A stretch of 64,000 bases of DNA from an uncultured Marinoscillum sp. (GTDB taxonomy: Bacteria; Bacteroidota; Bacteroidia; Cytophagales; Cyclobacteriaceae): positions 95,911-159,910 of the forward strand of contig CAYGPP010000001.1 of assembly GCA_964351885.1 (NCBI GenBank), in the 5' to 3' direction. The notes beneath the pieces are model-generated. The model saw only the letters and a list, made by a program, of their open reading frames with translations, did not search any database and was not told where the DNA came from. Below, in pieces: positions 1 through 9,713 of this stretch (position 1 is its first letter; the number at the start of each line of letters is the position of its first letter). Position numbers and translations under genes: made by a program.

Positions 1-119
1 CAACGCGGTGTAAAATGAAAGACGAAAAGAGTAAGTTGATCATATTTATCAACCGCGTTGAAGATATTCAAGCCTCTTTAGAGGTCTTATCCAGAATGAA
101 AACTCCTGTTACCGTTTGA
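1..119 (+). CDS. possible 3' end of an upstream CDS cut by the window edge (unidentifiable)
   Basis: Frame 3 is open from the window edge to TGA 117-119 (...KSKLIIFINRVEDIQASLEVLSRMKTPVTV*). Too short to identify and may be non-coding. Confidence 0.25.
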   Translation, partial: TRCKMKDEKSKLIIFINRVEDIQASLEVLSRMKTPVTV

Positions 120-178
120 TTAATAGGAGGATTTACACAATAAATAGCTAATTTTCCTATTAATTAAATACTTAAAGA

Positions 179-208
179 TTGAAAGATTGCCTTAAAATGG
201 TATTTTTG
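179..208 (+). promoter_or_regulatory. candidate Bacteroidetes-type promoter of gldJ (-33 TTG / -7 TAnnTTTG)
   Basis: TATTTTTG at 201-208 matches the TAnnTTTG -7 consensus. TTG at 179-181 lies 19 nt upstream. The ATG at 259 is about 50 nt downstream. Confidence 0.35.
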
Positions 209-258
209 AAATCAATACAGGTAAAAAATTGAAGTGTTTCAATTAAAGTAAACAGGTT

Positions 259-1581
259 ATGAAAAAATTTGTGAATGCAATTACTTCAGCTTCGTGTATG
301 CTGGCGGTGGTTGCTATGGTTAGTTCTTGTGGGTCTTCATCCAATCCCACTAGTCAAAATCCAGGTGGTTATAGTACCGCTACTGGATTGGAGTTTAATG
401 AAGAAGGTGGTTTCGGGGTAAATGATTTCCGTGGACAGCCTGAAGGTCCGAATCTAATTTTTATTGAAGGAGGTCGTACCGTTCTTGGATCATTTGAAGA
501 GGATGTGCTCAATACTAATGATGGTATAGAAAGAGCTGTCACCGTTGCTTCATTTTATATGGACGAAACAGAAGTTGCTAACATCAACTGGTTAGAGTAC
601 GAATACTATATCAAGCAAGACTCAGACGAATATTACTGGAAGAACAACCTTCCTGATACTACGGTTTGGGCCAAAGACTTGGCTTACAATGACCCTTATG
701 TTGACCACTATTATCGTTACCCTGGTTTTAGGTATTTTCCTGTTGTAGGAGTTAACTGGAGACAAGCGGTGAACTATTGTCAGTGGAGAACGAGAGTTGT
801 AAATATCAAGCTCGCGGAAGATGCGGGTTATTATGACGAAGATACCTCTGAAGATGACGCTTTTGCCGGAGCAGAGGGAGAGCCCGCTTCTGCTGGAGAA
901 TTCAAAAGGATCCCTCTTGAAACTGGTGTTGTGCTACCAAATTATAGACTTCCTACCGAGGCTGAGTGGGAATATGCGGCCCAAGCGCTTATAGGAACAC
1001 AATGGTTAGATGAAAACCAAACACATAGAAGACTTTACCCTTGGGATGGTCATGCCTTAAGAAATCCTTATGGAAAAAGCATGGGTTATTTTTTAGCAAA
1101 CTTCAAAAGAGGAAAAGGTGATTACGCCGGTATTGCTGGAAAATTAAATGATGGTGCGATGATTCCTACTTATGTTTATGATTATCCACCAAATGATTTT
1201 GGTCTATACAATATGGCTGGAAATGTAAACGAGTGGGTTCAAGATGTTTATCGACCTTTGTCATTCCAAGATATAGATGATATGAACCCAGTAAGAAGAG
1301 ATGGGTCTTTAGATCTAGAAAGCGGATATGATGCGGCGTATAATTTCATTGGTAATGAAAATGAGTATACTGAAGAAGAGTGGCTTGCCAATACAGGTCT
1401 TCAGAAAAGCTACAACTCTGATAATCCTCCAAGAAAACGATTAAGAGTATATAAAGGTGGTTCTTGGGCTGATGTTGCTTACTGGATGTCTCCTGGAACA
1501 AGACGATTCCTTTTCGAAGATTCCGCTACATCAACAATTGGATTTAGATGTGCCATGATTAGAGCGGGTACTAACTATTAA
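259..1581 (+). CDS. gldJ: gliding-motility lipoprotein GldJ-like (FGE-sulfatase / SUMF1 fold)
   Basis: Lipoprotein signal peptide with lipobox (MVSSCGSS). N-terminal TGLEFNEEGGFGV...GPNLIFIEGG resembles GldJ more than GldK/PorK. FGE-fold motifs are present (RLPTEAEWEYAA, GNVNEWVQD, YKGGSW, GFRCA). Confidence 0.65.
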   Translation: MKKFVNAITSASCMLAVVAMVSSCGSSSNPTSQNPGGYSTATGLEFNEEGGFGVNDFRGQPEGPNLIFIEGGRTVLGSFEEDVLNTNDGIERAVTVASFYMDETEVANINWLEYEYYIKQDSDEYYWKNNLPDTTVWAKDLAYNDPYVDHYYRYPGFRYFPVVGVNWRQAVNYCQWRTRVVNIKLAEDAGYYDEDTSEDDAFAGAEGEPASAGEFKRIPLETGVVLPNYRLPTEAEWEYAAQALIGTQWLDENQTHRRLYPWDGHALRNPYGKSMGYFLANFKRGKGDYAGIAGKLNDGAMIPTYVYDYPPNDFGLYNMAGNVNEWVQDVYRPLSFQDIDDMNPVRRDGSLDLESGYDAAYNFIGNENEYTEEEWLANTGLQKSYNSDNPPRKRLRVYKGGSWADVAYWMSPGTRRFLFEDSATSTIGFRCAMIRAGTNY

Positions 1582-1603
1582 GATAGCTGTTCAAAAAACG
1601 TAG

Positions 1604-1636
1604 GCCATGCAGATTTTCATCTGCATGGCTTTTTTA
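1604..1636. terminator. bidirectional rho-independent terminator between convergent gldJ and comF
   Basis: 11-bp stem GCCATGCAGAT (1604-1614) / ATCTGCATGGC (1619-1629) with loop TTTC. TTTTTT follows on the + strand and CGTTTTTT follows on the - strand. Confidence 0.7.
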
Positions 1637-2335
1637 TTTACCAGCAGCAATGGTTGCAATATATATTCCTGAAACACCTGCCTTTGCTAAAGCTTCCACT
1701 AATCCGCCTATTGTAGCACCTGTAGTCAACACATCATCCACCACAAGCACATTCTTGCCTTCTAAGAACTTGGAATCATGTACTTGGTAAACCAAATCCA
1801 TATTTTGCCAACGCTCAACTTTGTTCTTTTTAGTTTGAGTCATGGTATTTCGCTCTCTCGTTACTAACTGAGCATTCACTGGAAGCTCTAGGTTCTCTGC
1901 CAAACCATGAGCAATGATTTCACTTTGATTAAACCCTCTACGCTTCAATTTTGATTTATGTAGTGGTACCGGAATAATAATGTCAATTGGCCAGTTTGCC
2001 ATTTTGAGGTCATTTGCATACCAGTAACCAAGTCTATGTCCCACTTCCTGAACTCCCCTATATTTCAGTTCTCCTATCAGTTTTTGAGCAATCCCCTTCT
2101 TATTATAGTGCAAGTATGCAGCAACAGCCGTCACTTTTTGTTCAAATACAAATTTCTGTTCTAAACGATTATCCTTAGACAGGTGATAGTTAGTTTTTGG
2201 TAGAGAAAACTTACAGTGCATGCAGATGTGTTCTTCTTGATAAAGTAATATTGTATTACAACCAATGCAGACCCTTGGGTAAACCATGTCTACAAAGTCA
2301 AGAAGGTACTCCTTGATATTACTCCAAAACCTCAT
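1634..2335 (-). CDS. comF: ComF family phosphoribosyltransferase-domain protein
   Basis: N-terminal Cys4 finger (CIGC...CMHC) and C-terminal PRTase motif VLVVDDVLTTGAT. Confidence 0.8.
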   Translation of the reverse strand: MRFWSNIKEYLLDFVDMVYPRVCIGCNTILLYQEEHICMHCKFSLPKTNYHLSKDNRLEQKFVFEQKVTAVAAYLHYNKKGIAQKLIGELKYRGVQEVGHRLGYWYANDLKMANWPIDIIIPVPLHKSKLKRRGFNQSEIIAHGLAENLELPVNAQLVTRERNTMTQTKKNKVERWQNMDLVYQVHDSKFLEGKNVLVVDDVLTTGATIGGLVEALAKAGVSGIYIATIAAGK

Positions 2336-2360
2336 TTACACAATATAATGTTTTCGTACA

Positions 2361-2729
2361 ATGGTTTATAAAAAAGATCTGGATAATGAACGAAAATGGG
2401 CATCTCTTCTTAAGGCCTTGGAAGAGTCCATAGGGAAAAAACCAAAAGACTTGAATGCTGTTTTATTTCTTATTGGTGTCCAAGAACTTGGTCAAGGACC
2501 AAAACCATTCAGCAAAGAAGAAAAACAAGACTTGATGCACATAGCTATATGCCGATTGTTGTCTTTATCTGGTTTTTACCAACTAGATGGATTAGACAAT
2601 CATGGGTGGCCACATTGGTCACCGACTAAAACTCTTCCACATTTTGACCTTTTAGAACAAGAAAAACTGCTCAAGATGCACGCTATAGAGTATTTTACAG
2701 AAGAAATTAGCATTCTCCCACGATCTTAG
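2361..2729 (+). CDS. hypothetical protein (122 aa)
   Basis: Clean ORF at the head of a co-directional gene string. No motif recognised. Confidence 0.55.
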   Translation: MVYKKDLDNERKWASLLKALEESIGKKPKDLNAVLFLIGVQELGQGPKPFSKEEKQDLMHIAICRLLSLSGFYQLDGLDNHGWPHWSPTKTLPHFDLLEQEKLLKMHAIEYFTEEISILPRS

Positions 2730-2754
2730 ACGATGATCATGCGTATGACAATAT

Positions 2755-5700
2755 ATGTTTGACAATCAATTACAACAAAACATCACCAAGTTCAAGCGAA
2801 AACACTTCCTGAACCTTTTGATCAAAGGGCTATTAATCTCAGTCTTATTTTTTGGTGCCGTTTTCCTCATCTCTGGGGTTCTCGAGGGTTACTTCTGGTT
2901 CAATTCTTCTGTCCGACTTGGTCTATTGTTGGGCTCCTCACTTATTCTTGTTTATACTCTACTCAGGCTTGTAATTATCCCTTTAGCCGCCGTTCTTAAC
3001 CTTGAAAAGAACCTTACTGATGAAAAAGCCGCAAACCTTATTGGAAGACATTTTCATGAAATTTCAGACAGGCTAACCAATCTTGTTCAGCTATCTCAAC
3101 AATCAGCTAATGAAAACTCGCTACTCTCAGCGGCTCTTATTCAAAAATCCTCAGAGTTAAAAAAGTTCCGCTTCAGTGATGCTGTAAACTTTAAAGTCAA
3201 TTTCAAATATTTGTACTACCTAATAGCGCTGGCTCTATTCATCATCTGTATTTCTTTTATAAACCCTTCTATTCTATCAGATGGAACGTCTCGAATTCTG
3301 AAATATGACAAAACTTTCCTCCGTCCTGTGCCATTCTCATTCCACTTAGAAAGTAACCCCTATGGGTTTAGCGGAGAGCCTTATGAGCTAAAAGCACGCA
3401 TTGAAGGAAATACCATACCAGAGTTAGTCTATATCGTTGATGGAAACACCCGATTACCAGCTATTCTATCGGGTAGAAACATCTCTTTTAAAATACCCAC
3501 ACTTACAAAATCCAAAAAAATAACTTTTGAAGCCTCTAACTTTTCTTCACCTGAATACACCATCGAGCTTTATAATAGACCAGAAATTCAAAAACTAGAA
3601 ATTCAAATAAACTTCCCAGAATATCTTAATACCAAAAATCCTATCACCTCAAAATCAGGAAACCTGACAATACCAGAAGGATCTAAAATTTTATGGACAG
3701 TTACATCACAATATGCTGAATCTGTTTTTCTCACTACTCCCGATAGTTCTTTTATTATGTCTCATGAAGAGCGTGGAATATTTGCAATTCACCAGACAGC
3801 TTCCGAATCTTTTTCTTACGCACTTGACCTGTCTAATGCAAAAGCTCAAAATGCAAAGCCCATTGAATACGCAGTTACAGTAATCAAAGATCAATACCCT
3901 GAAATTAATGCAGTTTTCAGTCTAGATAGTATCAGCTATGCCTCTGTGGTTATCATGGGTAATATTGCTGATGACTATGGTATTAGTGGTCTTAATCTCC
4001 ATTACAAGATAAATTCTGACTCCAAATATCAAACAAAAGCTATTCCGTTTACACGCGGTAATAACGATCAAAACTTCATTTATGATTGGTCATTGAGTGG
4101 CCTCTTTCTCAACGAAGAGGATGAAGTTACCATATATGTTAGTGTATTTGACAATGATAGAATCAATGGCCCAAAAAGTTCTAACTCGGTTCGCTATCTC
4201 TACAAAAAACCCTCTTCTTCGCAAATAGAAAAAGAAATCGATGCGCTTAGTGACCAATCACAGAGTGCGCTTGAAAATTCTCTCAAAGAGAGTGAATTGC
4301 TTCGTGAGCAGATAAAAAATCTCGAATTGAAACTCAAAAATGATCAGAAAGTGGATTGGCAAGAAGAGAAAATGCTTCAAAAAGTACTTTTAAATCGAAA
4401 AAAGCTAGAAGATGAAATTGAAGAGCTGAAGAAACAATCCAACTTACTGAATCAGACCCGAAAAGAGTTTAACAAACAAAGTTCAGATCTTCAGAAAAAG
4501 GCTCAAAAGCTTCAAGATTTAATTAACGAAGTATTAGATGAAGAAACTAAGAAGCTCTATGCAGAATTGCAGGAACTATTGAAGAAAGAAGCTAGTTCTG
4601 AGGAAGTTTTAAAGCAACTAGATAAAATTCAATCCAATGAAAAAAACTTAGAAAATGAGCTTGAACGCGCTATAGAGCTCTTTAAGAGAATGAAAATGGA
4701 AACGCTTCTCGAACAGGCTGCCGAAAAACTCAATCAATTAGGAGAAAGGCAAGAAAAACTTGGGAGTGAAGAAGAAAAGGGTGATGTGAGCAAAGCGCTA
4801 GAACAAGAAAAAATAAACGAGTCTTTCGAAGAACTAAACAAAGATATTGAAGAGGCTCAAGACATAAACAAGGACTTAAAAAGTCCTGAACCAATTGACG
4901 AGTTGGACTCTGAGCGAGAAGATATTCAAAAAGATTTAGAGAGCTTAGAAAATGAATTAAGCCTTGATAATCAAGATGATAACGATCAAAAAAAGGCTAA
5001 AAACAATCCAGATAGCGATCAGAAGATGAAAAACGCAGGGCAAAAAATGAAGATCCTCGCTGGTAAGATGATGCAAATGCAAGCCAGCGCTGAAATGGAA
5101 ATGATGCAGGAAAACATGGACAATTTAAGAGATATCTTAGATAACTTAATTAAGCTGTCCTTTGAACAAGAAGATATTTTAACTCAAATAAAGCAGGTCA
5201 GCCAACTAGATCCTCGCTTCATTGAACTCTCCCAAGAGCAACTAGACCTTACAGATAATATAGAGGTAATCGAAGATAGTCTTCTAGCTCTAGCCGGTCG
5301 AGTAATACAAATTAGCAGCTTTGTCACGCGTGAATTGAGCTCCATTAATGAACACCTTGAAAAGACCATGTTCCAATTAAGAGAGAGAGATAAAGGAAGA
5401 GCGACTAGCGATCAACAGTTTGCAATGACTTCTATGAATAATTTAGCCTTACTCCTTGAAGATGTACTTGAGCAGATGCAAATGTCAATGTCTGAGGCAA
5501 TGGGGAAGCCTCAGAAAGGAAACAAGAAAGGTCAATCAATGCCGAGCATGTCAGAAATCCAGAAACAATTGAGTCAACAAATTCAAGACTTGAAAAAAAG
5601 CGGAAAACAAGGGAGAGCTCTTTCGGAAGAGCTAGCAAAACTGGCTGCCGAACAATCAGAACTACGCCAGTCACTAGAACAAATGAATGAGCAATTAGGC

Positions 5701-6078
5701 AATCAACCGGACCCGAGTGGGAAAGGACAAGGTAATGAAGAAGGAAGTAAGCTGAAAGAGGCAATCAAGAAGATGGAGGAAAATGAGGTTGATTTAGTGA
5801 ATAAGAGGTTAACACAACAACTCATCGATAGGCAACAACAAATACTCACCAGAATGCTCGAAGCAGAAGAATCAATGCGCAAACAAAAGGAGTCAGCAGA
5901 AAGAAAAGGAGAAACTGCGAACCAAAACATAGGTAAGTACCCTCCAGAGATCGAAAAATATCTGAAAGCAAAAGAAAAGGAAATAGAATTATTAAAAACT
6001 ATTCCCTTAGATTTAGAACCCTTTTACAAAAAAGAAGTTAACGATTACTTTAGACGTATAAGTCTTCCAAATGAATAG
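2755..6078 (+). CDS. DUF4175-like membrane-anchored protein with long E/K/Q-rich coiled-coil C-terminal half
   Basis: The N-terminus (FKRKHFLNLLIKGLLISVLFF... two TM helices ...IGRHFHEISDRLTNLVQL) is typical of Bacteroidetes DUF4175. About 550 aa of heptad-like charged sequence follow. Confidence 0.7.
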   Translation: MFDNQLQQNITKFKRKHFLNLLIKGLLISVLFFGAVFLISGVLEGYFWFNSSVRLGLLLGSSLILVYTLLRLVIIPLAAVLNLEKNLTDEKAANLIGRHFHEISDRLTNLVQLSQQSANENSLLSAALIQKSSELKKFRFSDAVNFKVNFKYLYYLIALALFIICISFINPSILSDGTSRILKYDKTFLRPVPFSFHLESNPYGFSGEPYELKARIEGNTIPELVYIVDGNTRLPAILSGRNISFKIPTLTKSKKITFEASNFSSPEYTIELYNRPEIQKLEIQINFPEYLNTKNPITSKSGNLTIPEGSKILWTVTSQYAESVFLTTPDSSFIMSHEERGIFAIHQTASESFSYALDLSNAKAQNAKPIEYAVTVIKDQYPEINAVFSLDSISYASVVIMGNIADDYGISGLNLHYKINSDSKYQTKAIPFTRGNNDQNFIYDWSLSGLFLNEEDEVTIYVSVFDNDRINGPKSSNSVRYLYKKPSSSQIEKEIDALSDQSQSALENSLKESELLREQIKNLELKLKNDQKVDWQEEKMLQKVLLNRKKLEDEIEELKKQSNLLNQTRKEFNKQSSDLQKKAQKLQDLINEVLDEETKKLYAELQELLKKEASSEEVLKQLDKIQSNEKNLENELERAIELFKRMKMETLLEQAAEKLNQLGERQEKLGSEEEKGDVSKALEQEKINESFEELNKDIEEAQDINKDLKSPEPIDELDSEREDIQKDLESLENELSLDNQDDNDQKKAKNNPDSDQKMKNAGQKMKILAGKMMQMQASAEMEMMQENMDNLRDILDNLIKLSFEQEDILTQIKQVSQLDPRFIELSQEQLDLTDNIEVIEDSLLALAGRVIQISSFVTRELSSINEHLEKTMFQLRERDKGRATSDQQFAMTSMNNLALLLEDVLEQMQMSMSEAMGKPQKGNKKGQSMPSMSEIQKQLSQQIQDLKKSGKQGRALSEELAKLAAEQSELRQSLEQMNEQLGNQPDPSGKGQGNEEGSKLKEAIKKMEENEVDLVNKRLTQQLIDRQQQILTRMLEAEESMRKQKESAERKGETANQNIGKYPPEIEKYLKAKEKEIELLKTIPLDLEPFYKKEVNDYFRRISLPNE

Positions 6079-6472
6079 CATACAAATACAAATCCCATCC
6101 ATATCTGAGAATATCAGAATCGTTGAGAGTTTTATAGATAACGCCAAAGAAAAATACTCATTGGAGGATGATATATACGGCAACATCATGATTGCCGTAA
6201 CTGAGTCAGTTAACAATGCAATCATTCATGGGAATTCTCAGAATTCTAAAAAGAATGTCTCGCTGAGTCTTGAAGTAACTGAGGACGTGTTAAGTTTTAC
6301 AATTTCTGATCAAGGAGCAGGTTTTGATTTCAATCAGCTTCCAGACCCAACTTCGCCAGAAAACATTGACAAGCTTGGGGGCCGAGGTATCTTCTTAATG
6401 AAGCACCTATGTGATGAGGTTTCTTTTAATAACGAGGGACGGGAGGTTGTTCTTTCTTTCTATTTGAATTAA
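6071..6472 (+). CDS. HATPase_c-type ATP-binding protein (anti-sigma-factor / RsbW-SpoIIAB-like Ser kinase)
   Basis: N-box ESVNNAIIHG and G-boxes ISDQGAGF / GGRGIFLM. The start overlaps the DUF4175 stop by 8 nt. Confidence 0.7.
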   Translation: MNSIQIQIPSISENIRIVESFIDNAKEKYSLEDDIYGNIMIAVTESVNNAIIHGNSQNSKKNVSLSLEVTEDVLSFTISDQGAGFDFNQLPDPTSPENIDKLGGRGIFLMKHLCDEVSFNNEGREVVLSFYLN

Positions 6473-6897
6473 TGGAAACTGTTTTCTTCTTTAGTGAAGA
6501 TGTTGATTATTGTTTGCCTTCCGAAGCTGAAATTAGGAAATGGCTGGAGCTAGTTGCCTTAGACGAGAATCAAACTTTAGATAGTCTCAACTATATATTC
6601 TGCTCAGATGAATATCTCCTCAACATAAATCGGGAGTTTTTAAATCATGACTACTACACCGATATAATCACATTTGATAATTCTAATGACCAAGCCCTAA
6701 TACAAGCTGATATTTTCATTAGCATAGACCGTGTAAAAGAAAACGCCCTAAACAACAATGAGGACTTCAACTTGGAACTCAAGAGAGTTCTGGTGCATGG
6801 TTTGCTTCATCTTATAGGATACAATGATAAAAAGTCGGAAGAGCAAAGAGCAATGCGCCAAAAAGAAGATAGCTGCTTATCTTTGTTTCTAAAATAG
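6472..6897 (+). CDS. ybeY: rRNA maturation endoribonuclease YbeY
   Basis: Zinc motif HGLLHLIGYNDKK (HxxxHxxGxxH). TAATG stop/start overlap with the upstream gene. Confidence 0.9.
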   Translation: METVFFFSEDVDYCLPSEAEIRKWLELVALDENQTLDSLNYIFCSDEYLLNINREFLNHDYYTDIITFDNSNDQALIQADIFISIDRVKENALNNNEDFNLELKRVLVHGLLHLIGYNDKKSEEQRAMRQKEDSCLSLFLK

Positions 6898-6961
6898 TTC
6901 CACGTGGAACGTTTATCTGCTCTCCACTAAAAACTAATGTTTCACGTGAAACAATAAATCC

Positions 6962-8827
6962 ATGTTTCAAGAATATGATGTCATCGTTGTTGGAGCCGGT
7001 CACGCCGGATGCGAAGCTGCTGCTGCCGCCGCAAACCTTGGGTCCAGGGTTCTGCTAGCCACTATGAATATGAATACCATCGCCCAGATGTCATGCAATC
7101 CTGCAATGGGTGGAGTGGCCAAAGGGCAAATCGTTCGAGAGATAGATGCTCTTGGTGGATACTCTGGGGTTATTACTGATAAGTCGATGATTCAATTTAG
7201 AATGCTCAACAAAAGCAAGGGTCCGGCTATGTGGAGTCCCAGGGCACAATCTGACAGAATGCGCTTTGCTGAAGAATGGAGACTAGCCCTAGAGCAAACA
7301 CCCAACGTTGATTTCTGGCAAGAAATGATCTCTGGTATCATCGTCAATGATAAGCAAGTAGTTGGTGTTCGAACCAACTTGGGATTAGAGATTAGATCCA
7401 AATCTGTCATATTAACCAATGGAACATTTCTAAATGGTCTTATTCATATAGGAGAAAAACAATTCGGTGGTGGTCGAGCAGGAGAGAAATCAGCTCACGG
7501 CATAACTGAACAACTCGTAGAGCTAGGTTTTGAATCTGGAAGGATGAAGACAGGCACCCCACCTCGGGTAGATGGTAGAAGTCTTGACTACTCCAAAATG
7601 GAAGAACAAGCTGGGGACGAGCTTCCCGAAAAATTTTCATATCTCGACAGCACCCAGCCTTTAACAACACAACGAAGCTGCTGGATTACCTACACCAACT
7701 CAGATGTTCACCAGACTTTACAGACGGGGTTTGAAAAGTCCCCGATGTTCAACGGACGAATCAAGGGTCTTGGTCCAAGATACTGTCCATCTATAGAAGA
7801 TAAAATCAATCGCTTTGCGGAAAGAGATAGGCATCAAATATTTGTGGAGCCTGAAGGTTGGAATACAGTAGAAGTCTATGTGAACGGTTTCTCAACAAGT
7901 CTTCCAGAAGATGTTCAATACAAAGCAATACAAAAAATTGCAGGATTTGAAAATGCTAAAATGTTTCGCCCTGGGTATGCCATAGAATATGACTTCTTCC
8001 AGCCCACACAGCTTACTCAGACATTAGAAACAAAGCTTATTAAAAACCTGTTCTTTGCTGGTCAGATTAACGGAACGACTGGATATGAGGAGGCTGCCTG
8101 CCAAGGGCTTATTGCGGGTATAAATGCTCATCTCTCCATTAAAGAATGTGAGCCATTTATACTTAACAGGTCACAAGCGTATATCGGCGTACTTATAGAT
8201 GATTTAATCAATAAGGGCACCAATGAACCTTACCGGATGTTCACTTCTCGTGCTGAGTATCGACTCTTACTACGACAGGACAATGCCGACTCCCGTCTGA
8301 CGCCTCTTGGCTATGAATTAGGACTTGCCTCCCTAAGCAGATACGAACAGTGTATGAACAAGATGCACGCAACAAAACGCTTAGTCAATGATCTAAAGCA
8401 AAAGAAATACAAACCCCATGATATAAATCCTCTCCTCTCGAATAAAGGTTTTGCTCACATAAAAGACACCTCCAGTTTATATCAACTTCTTAAAAGACCG
8501 GAGGTAAATTTGGAAGTACTCTCCCAGCTTGACAGTAACGTATATGAATTCCTCTCTTCCTTCTCAAGACATGTCAAGGAAGAAGCAGAAATCCTCATAA
8601 AATACGAAACCTATATTGAGCGTGAACAAGAAAACGCTTTGAAAATGATAAGTATGGAGAATAGAGTTATAACTCCTGGTTTCGACTACAGCCTACTATC
8701 ATCAATGTCTCTTGAGGCACGGGAAAAACTCAATACCATTCGTCCTTCCACACTGGGTCAGGCATCCAGAATAAGTGGTGTTTCATCTTCTGATATTTCA
8801 ATCTTAATGGTATTTCTCAATAAATAG
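6962..8827 (+). CDS. mnmG: tRNA uridine-5-carboxymethylaminomethyl modification enzyme MnmG (GidA)
   Basis: [19 protein letters not shown] motif, [27 protein letters not shown]. 621 aa. Confidence 0.95.
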   Translation: MFQEYDVIVVGAGHAGCEAAAAAANLGSRVLLATMNMNTIAQMSCNPAMGGVAKGQIVREIDALGGYSGVITDKSMIQFRMLNKSKGPAMWSPRAQSDRMRFAEEWRLALEQTPNVDFWQEMISGIIVNDKQVVGVRTNLGLEIRSKSVILTNGTFLNGLIHIGEKQFGGGRAGEKSAHGITEQLVELGFESGRMKTGTPPRVDGRSLDYSKMEEQAGDELPEKFSYLDSTQPLTTQRSCWITYTNSDVHQTLQTGFEKSPMFNGRIKGLGPRYCPSIEDKINRFAERDRHQIFVEPEGWNTVEVYVNGFSTSLPEDVQYKAIQKIAGFENAKMFRPGYAIEYDFFQPTQLTQTLETKLIKNLFFAGQINGTTGYEEAACQGLIAGINAHLSIKECEPFILNRSQAYIGVLIDDLINKGTNEPYRMFTSRAEYRLLLRQDNADSRLTPLGYELGLASLSRYEQCMNKMHATKRLVNDLKQKKYKPHDINPLLSNKGFAHIKDTSSLYQLLKRPEVNLEVLSQLDSNVYEFLSSFSRHVKEEAEILIKYETYIEREQENALKMISMENRVITPGFDYSLLSSMSLEAREKLNTIRPSTLGQASRISGVSSSDISILMVFLNK

Positions 8828-8828
8828 A

Positions 8829-9713
8829 ATGTATCAAAAGCTAGAAGAGTGCCCCATATGTAAGCATCAGAGTTTCTCTAATTCCCTGATTTGTGAAGAT
8901 TATTCACAGTCTCATGAGAGCTTTGTAATAGTAAGGTGTAACAACTGTGATCTGCATTTTACAAACCCTCGGCCAGATGAGCAAAACATAGCCAAGTACT
9001 ATGATCACAAGGATTATATTTCTCACACCAATAAAGCCAATAACTTTATTAACGCGATTTATAAAATAGCTAGGTATTATACGCTTAGACAAAAAGAAGG
9101 TATCATCAAAACATACACAAAACAGAAGAAGCTTCTTGACTTTGGGTGTGGAACAGGTATATTTCTCCATCACATGAGTAACAGCTCCTTCAATGTTGAG
9201 GGTTATGAACCATCCGAACAGGCCCGGCTGTTATCCTCACAGTCAGGAAAGTTCCAAATTCACAATAAATTAGACCAAATACAGAAAAACAAGTACGATA
9301 TAATTACCGCTTGGCACGTCCTCGAACATGTACATAGTCTCAAGAAAACCTTGAAAGTACTAAGAAACTCCTTGACCAGAAGTGGAATTATTATTGCAGC
9401 CGTTCCTAACTTTAAATCGTTAGATGCCCAAATCTATAAACACCAGTGGGCTGCCTATGATGTACCGAGACATTTATATCATTTCAATCAAACTGCTTTT
9501 TCAGCTTTGGCTGCAAGCTGCAAGCTCAACATCAAACAGGTACACCCAATGATGCTCGATTCCTACTATGTCTCCATGCTCAGTGAGTCTCACAAAGGCA
9601 CTAGCTCTTCTATCCACAGATTGGTCAATGGGTTCGTAAACGGGCGAAAATCTAACATCAGCGCCTCACAAACTGGAGAATATTCTAGCCTTATATACGT
9701 CCTATCAAAATGA
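8829..9713 (+). CDS. class I SAM-dependent methyltransferase with N-terminal zinc ribbon
   Basis: CPICK...CNNC ribbon and SAM motif I LLDFGCGTG. Confidence 0.8.
   Translation: MYQKLEECPICKHQSFSNSLICEDYSQSHESFVIVRCNNCDLHFTNPRPDEQNIAKYYDHKDYISHTNKANNFINAIYKIARYYTLRQKEGIIKTYTKQKKLLDFGCGTGIFLHHMSNSSFNVEGYEPSEQARLLSSQSGKFQIHNKLDQIQKNKYDIITAWHVLEHVHSLKKTLKVLRNSLTRSGIIIAAVPNFKSLDAQIYKHQWAAYDVPRHLYHFNQTAFSALAASCKLNIKQVHPMMLDSYYVSMLSESHKGTSSSIHRLVNGFVNGRKSNISASQTGEYSSLIYVLSK

Noticed and set aside
1-60. 9-bp inverted repeat CAACGCGGT / ACCGCGTTG (1-9 and 52-60) with a 42-nt loop
   Set aside because: It sits at the window edge, probably inside the tail of an upstream CDS. The loop is too long for a terminator, and it cannot be interpreted without upstream sequence.
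3706-6225. Antisense ORFs inside the DUF4175 gene (3706-3894, 5184-5369, 5432-5764, 5703-5930, 6013-6225)
   Set aside because: They are nested antisense to a strongly supported long CDS. E/K/Q-rich coiled-coil coding sequence generates long stop-free antisense frames.
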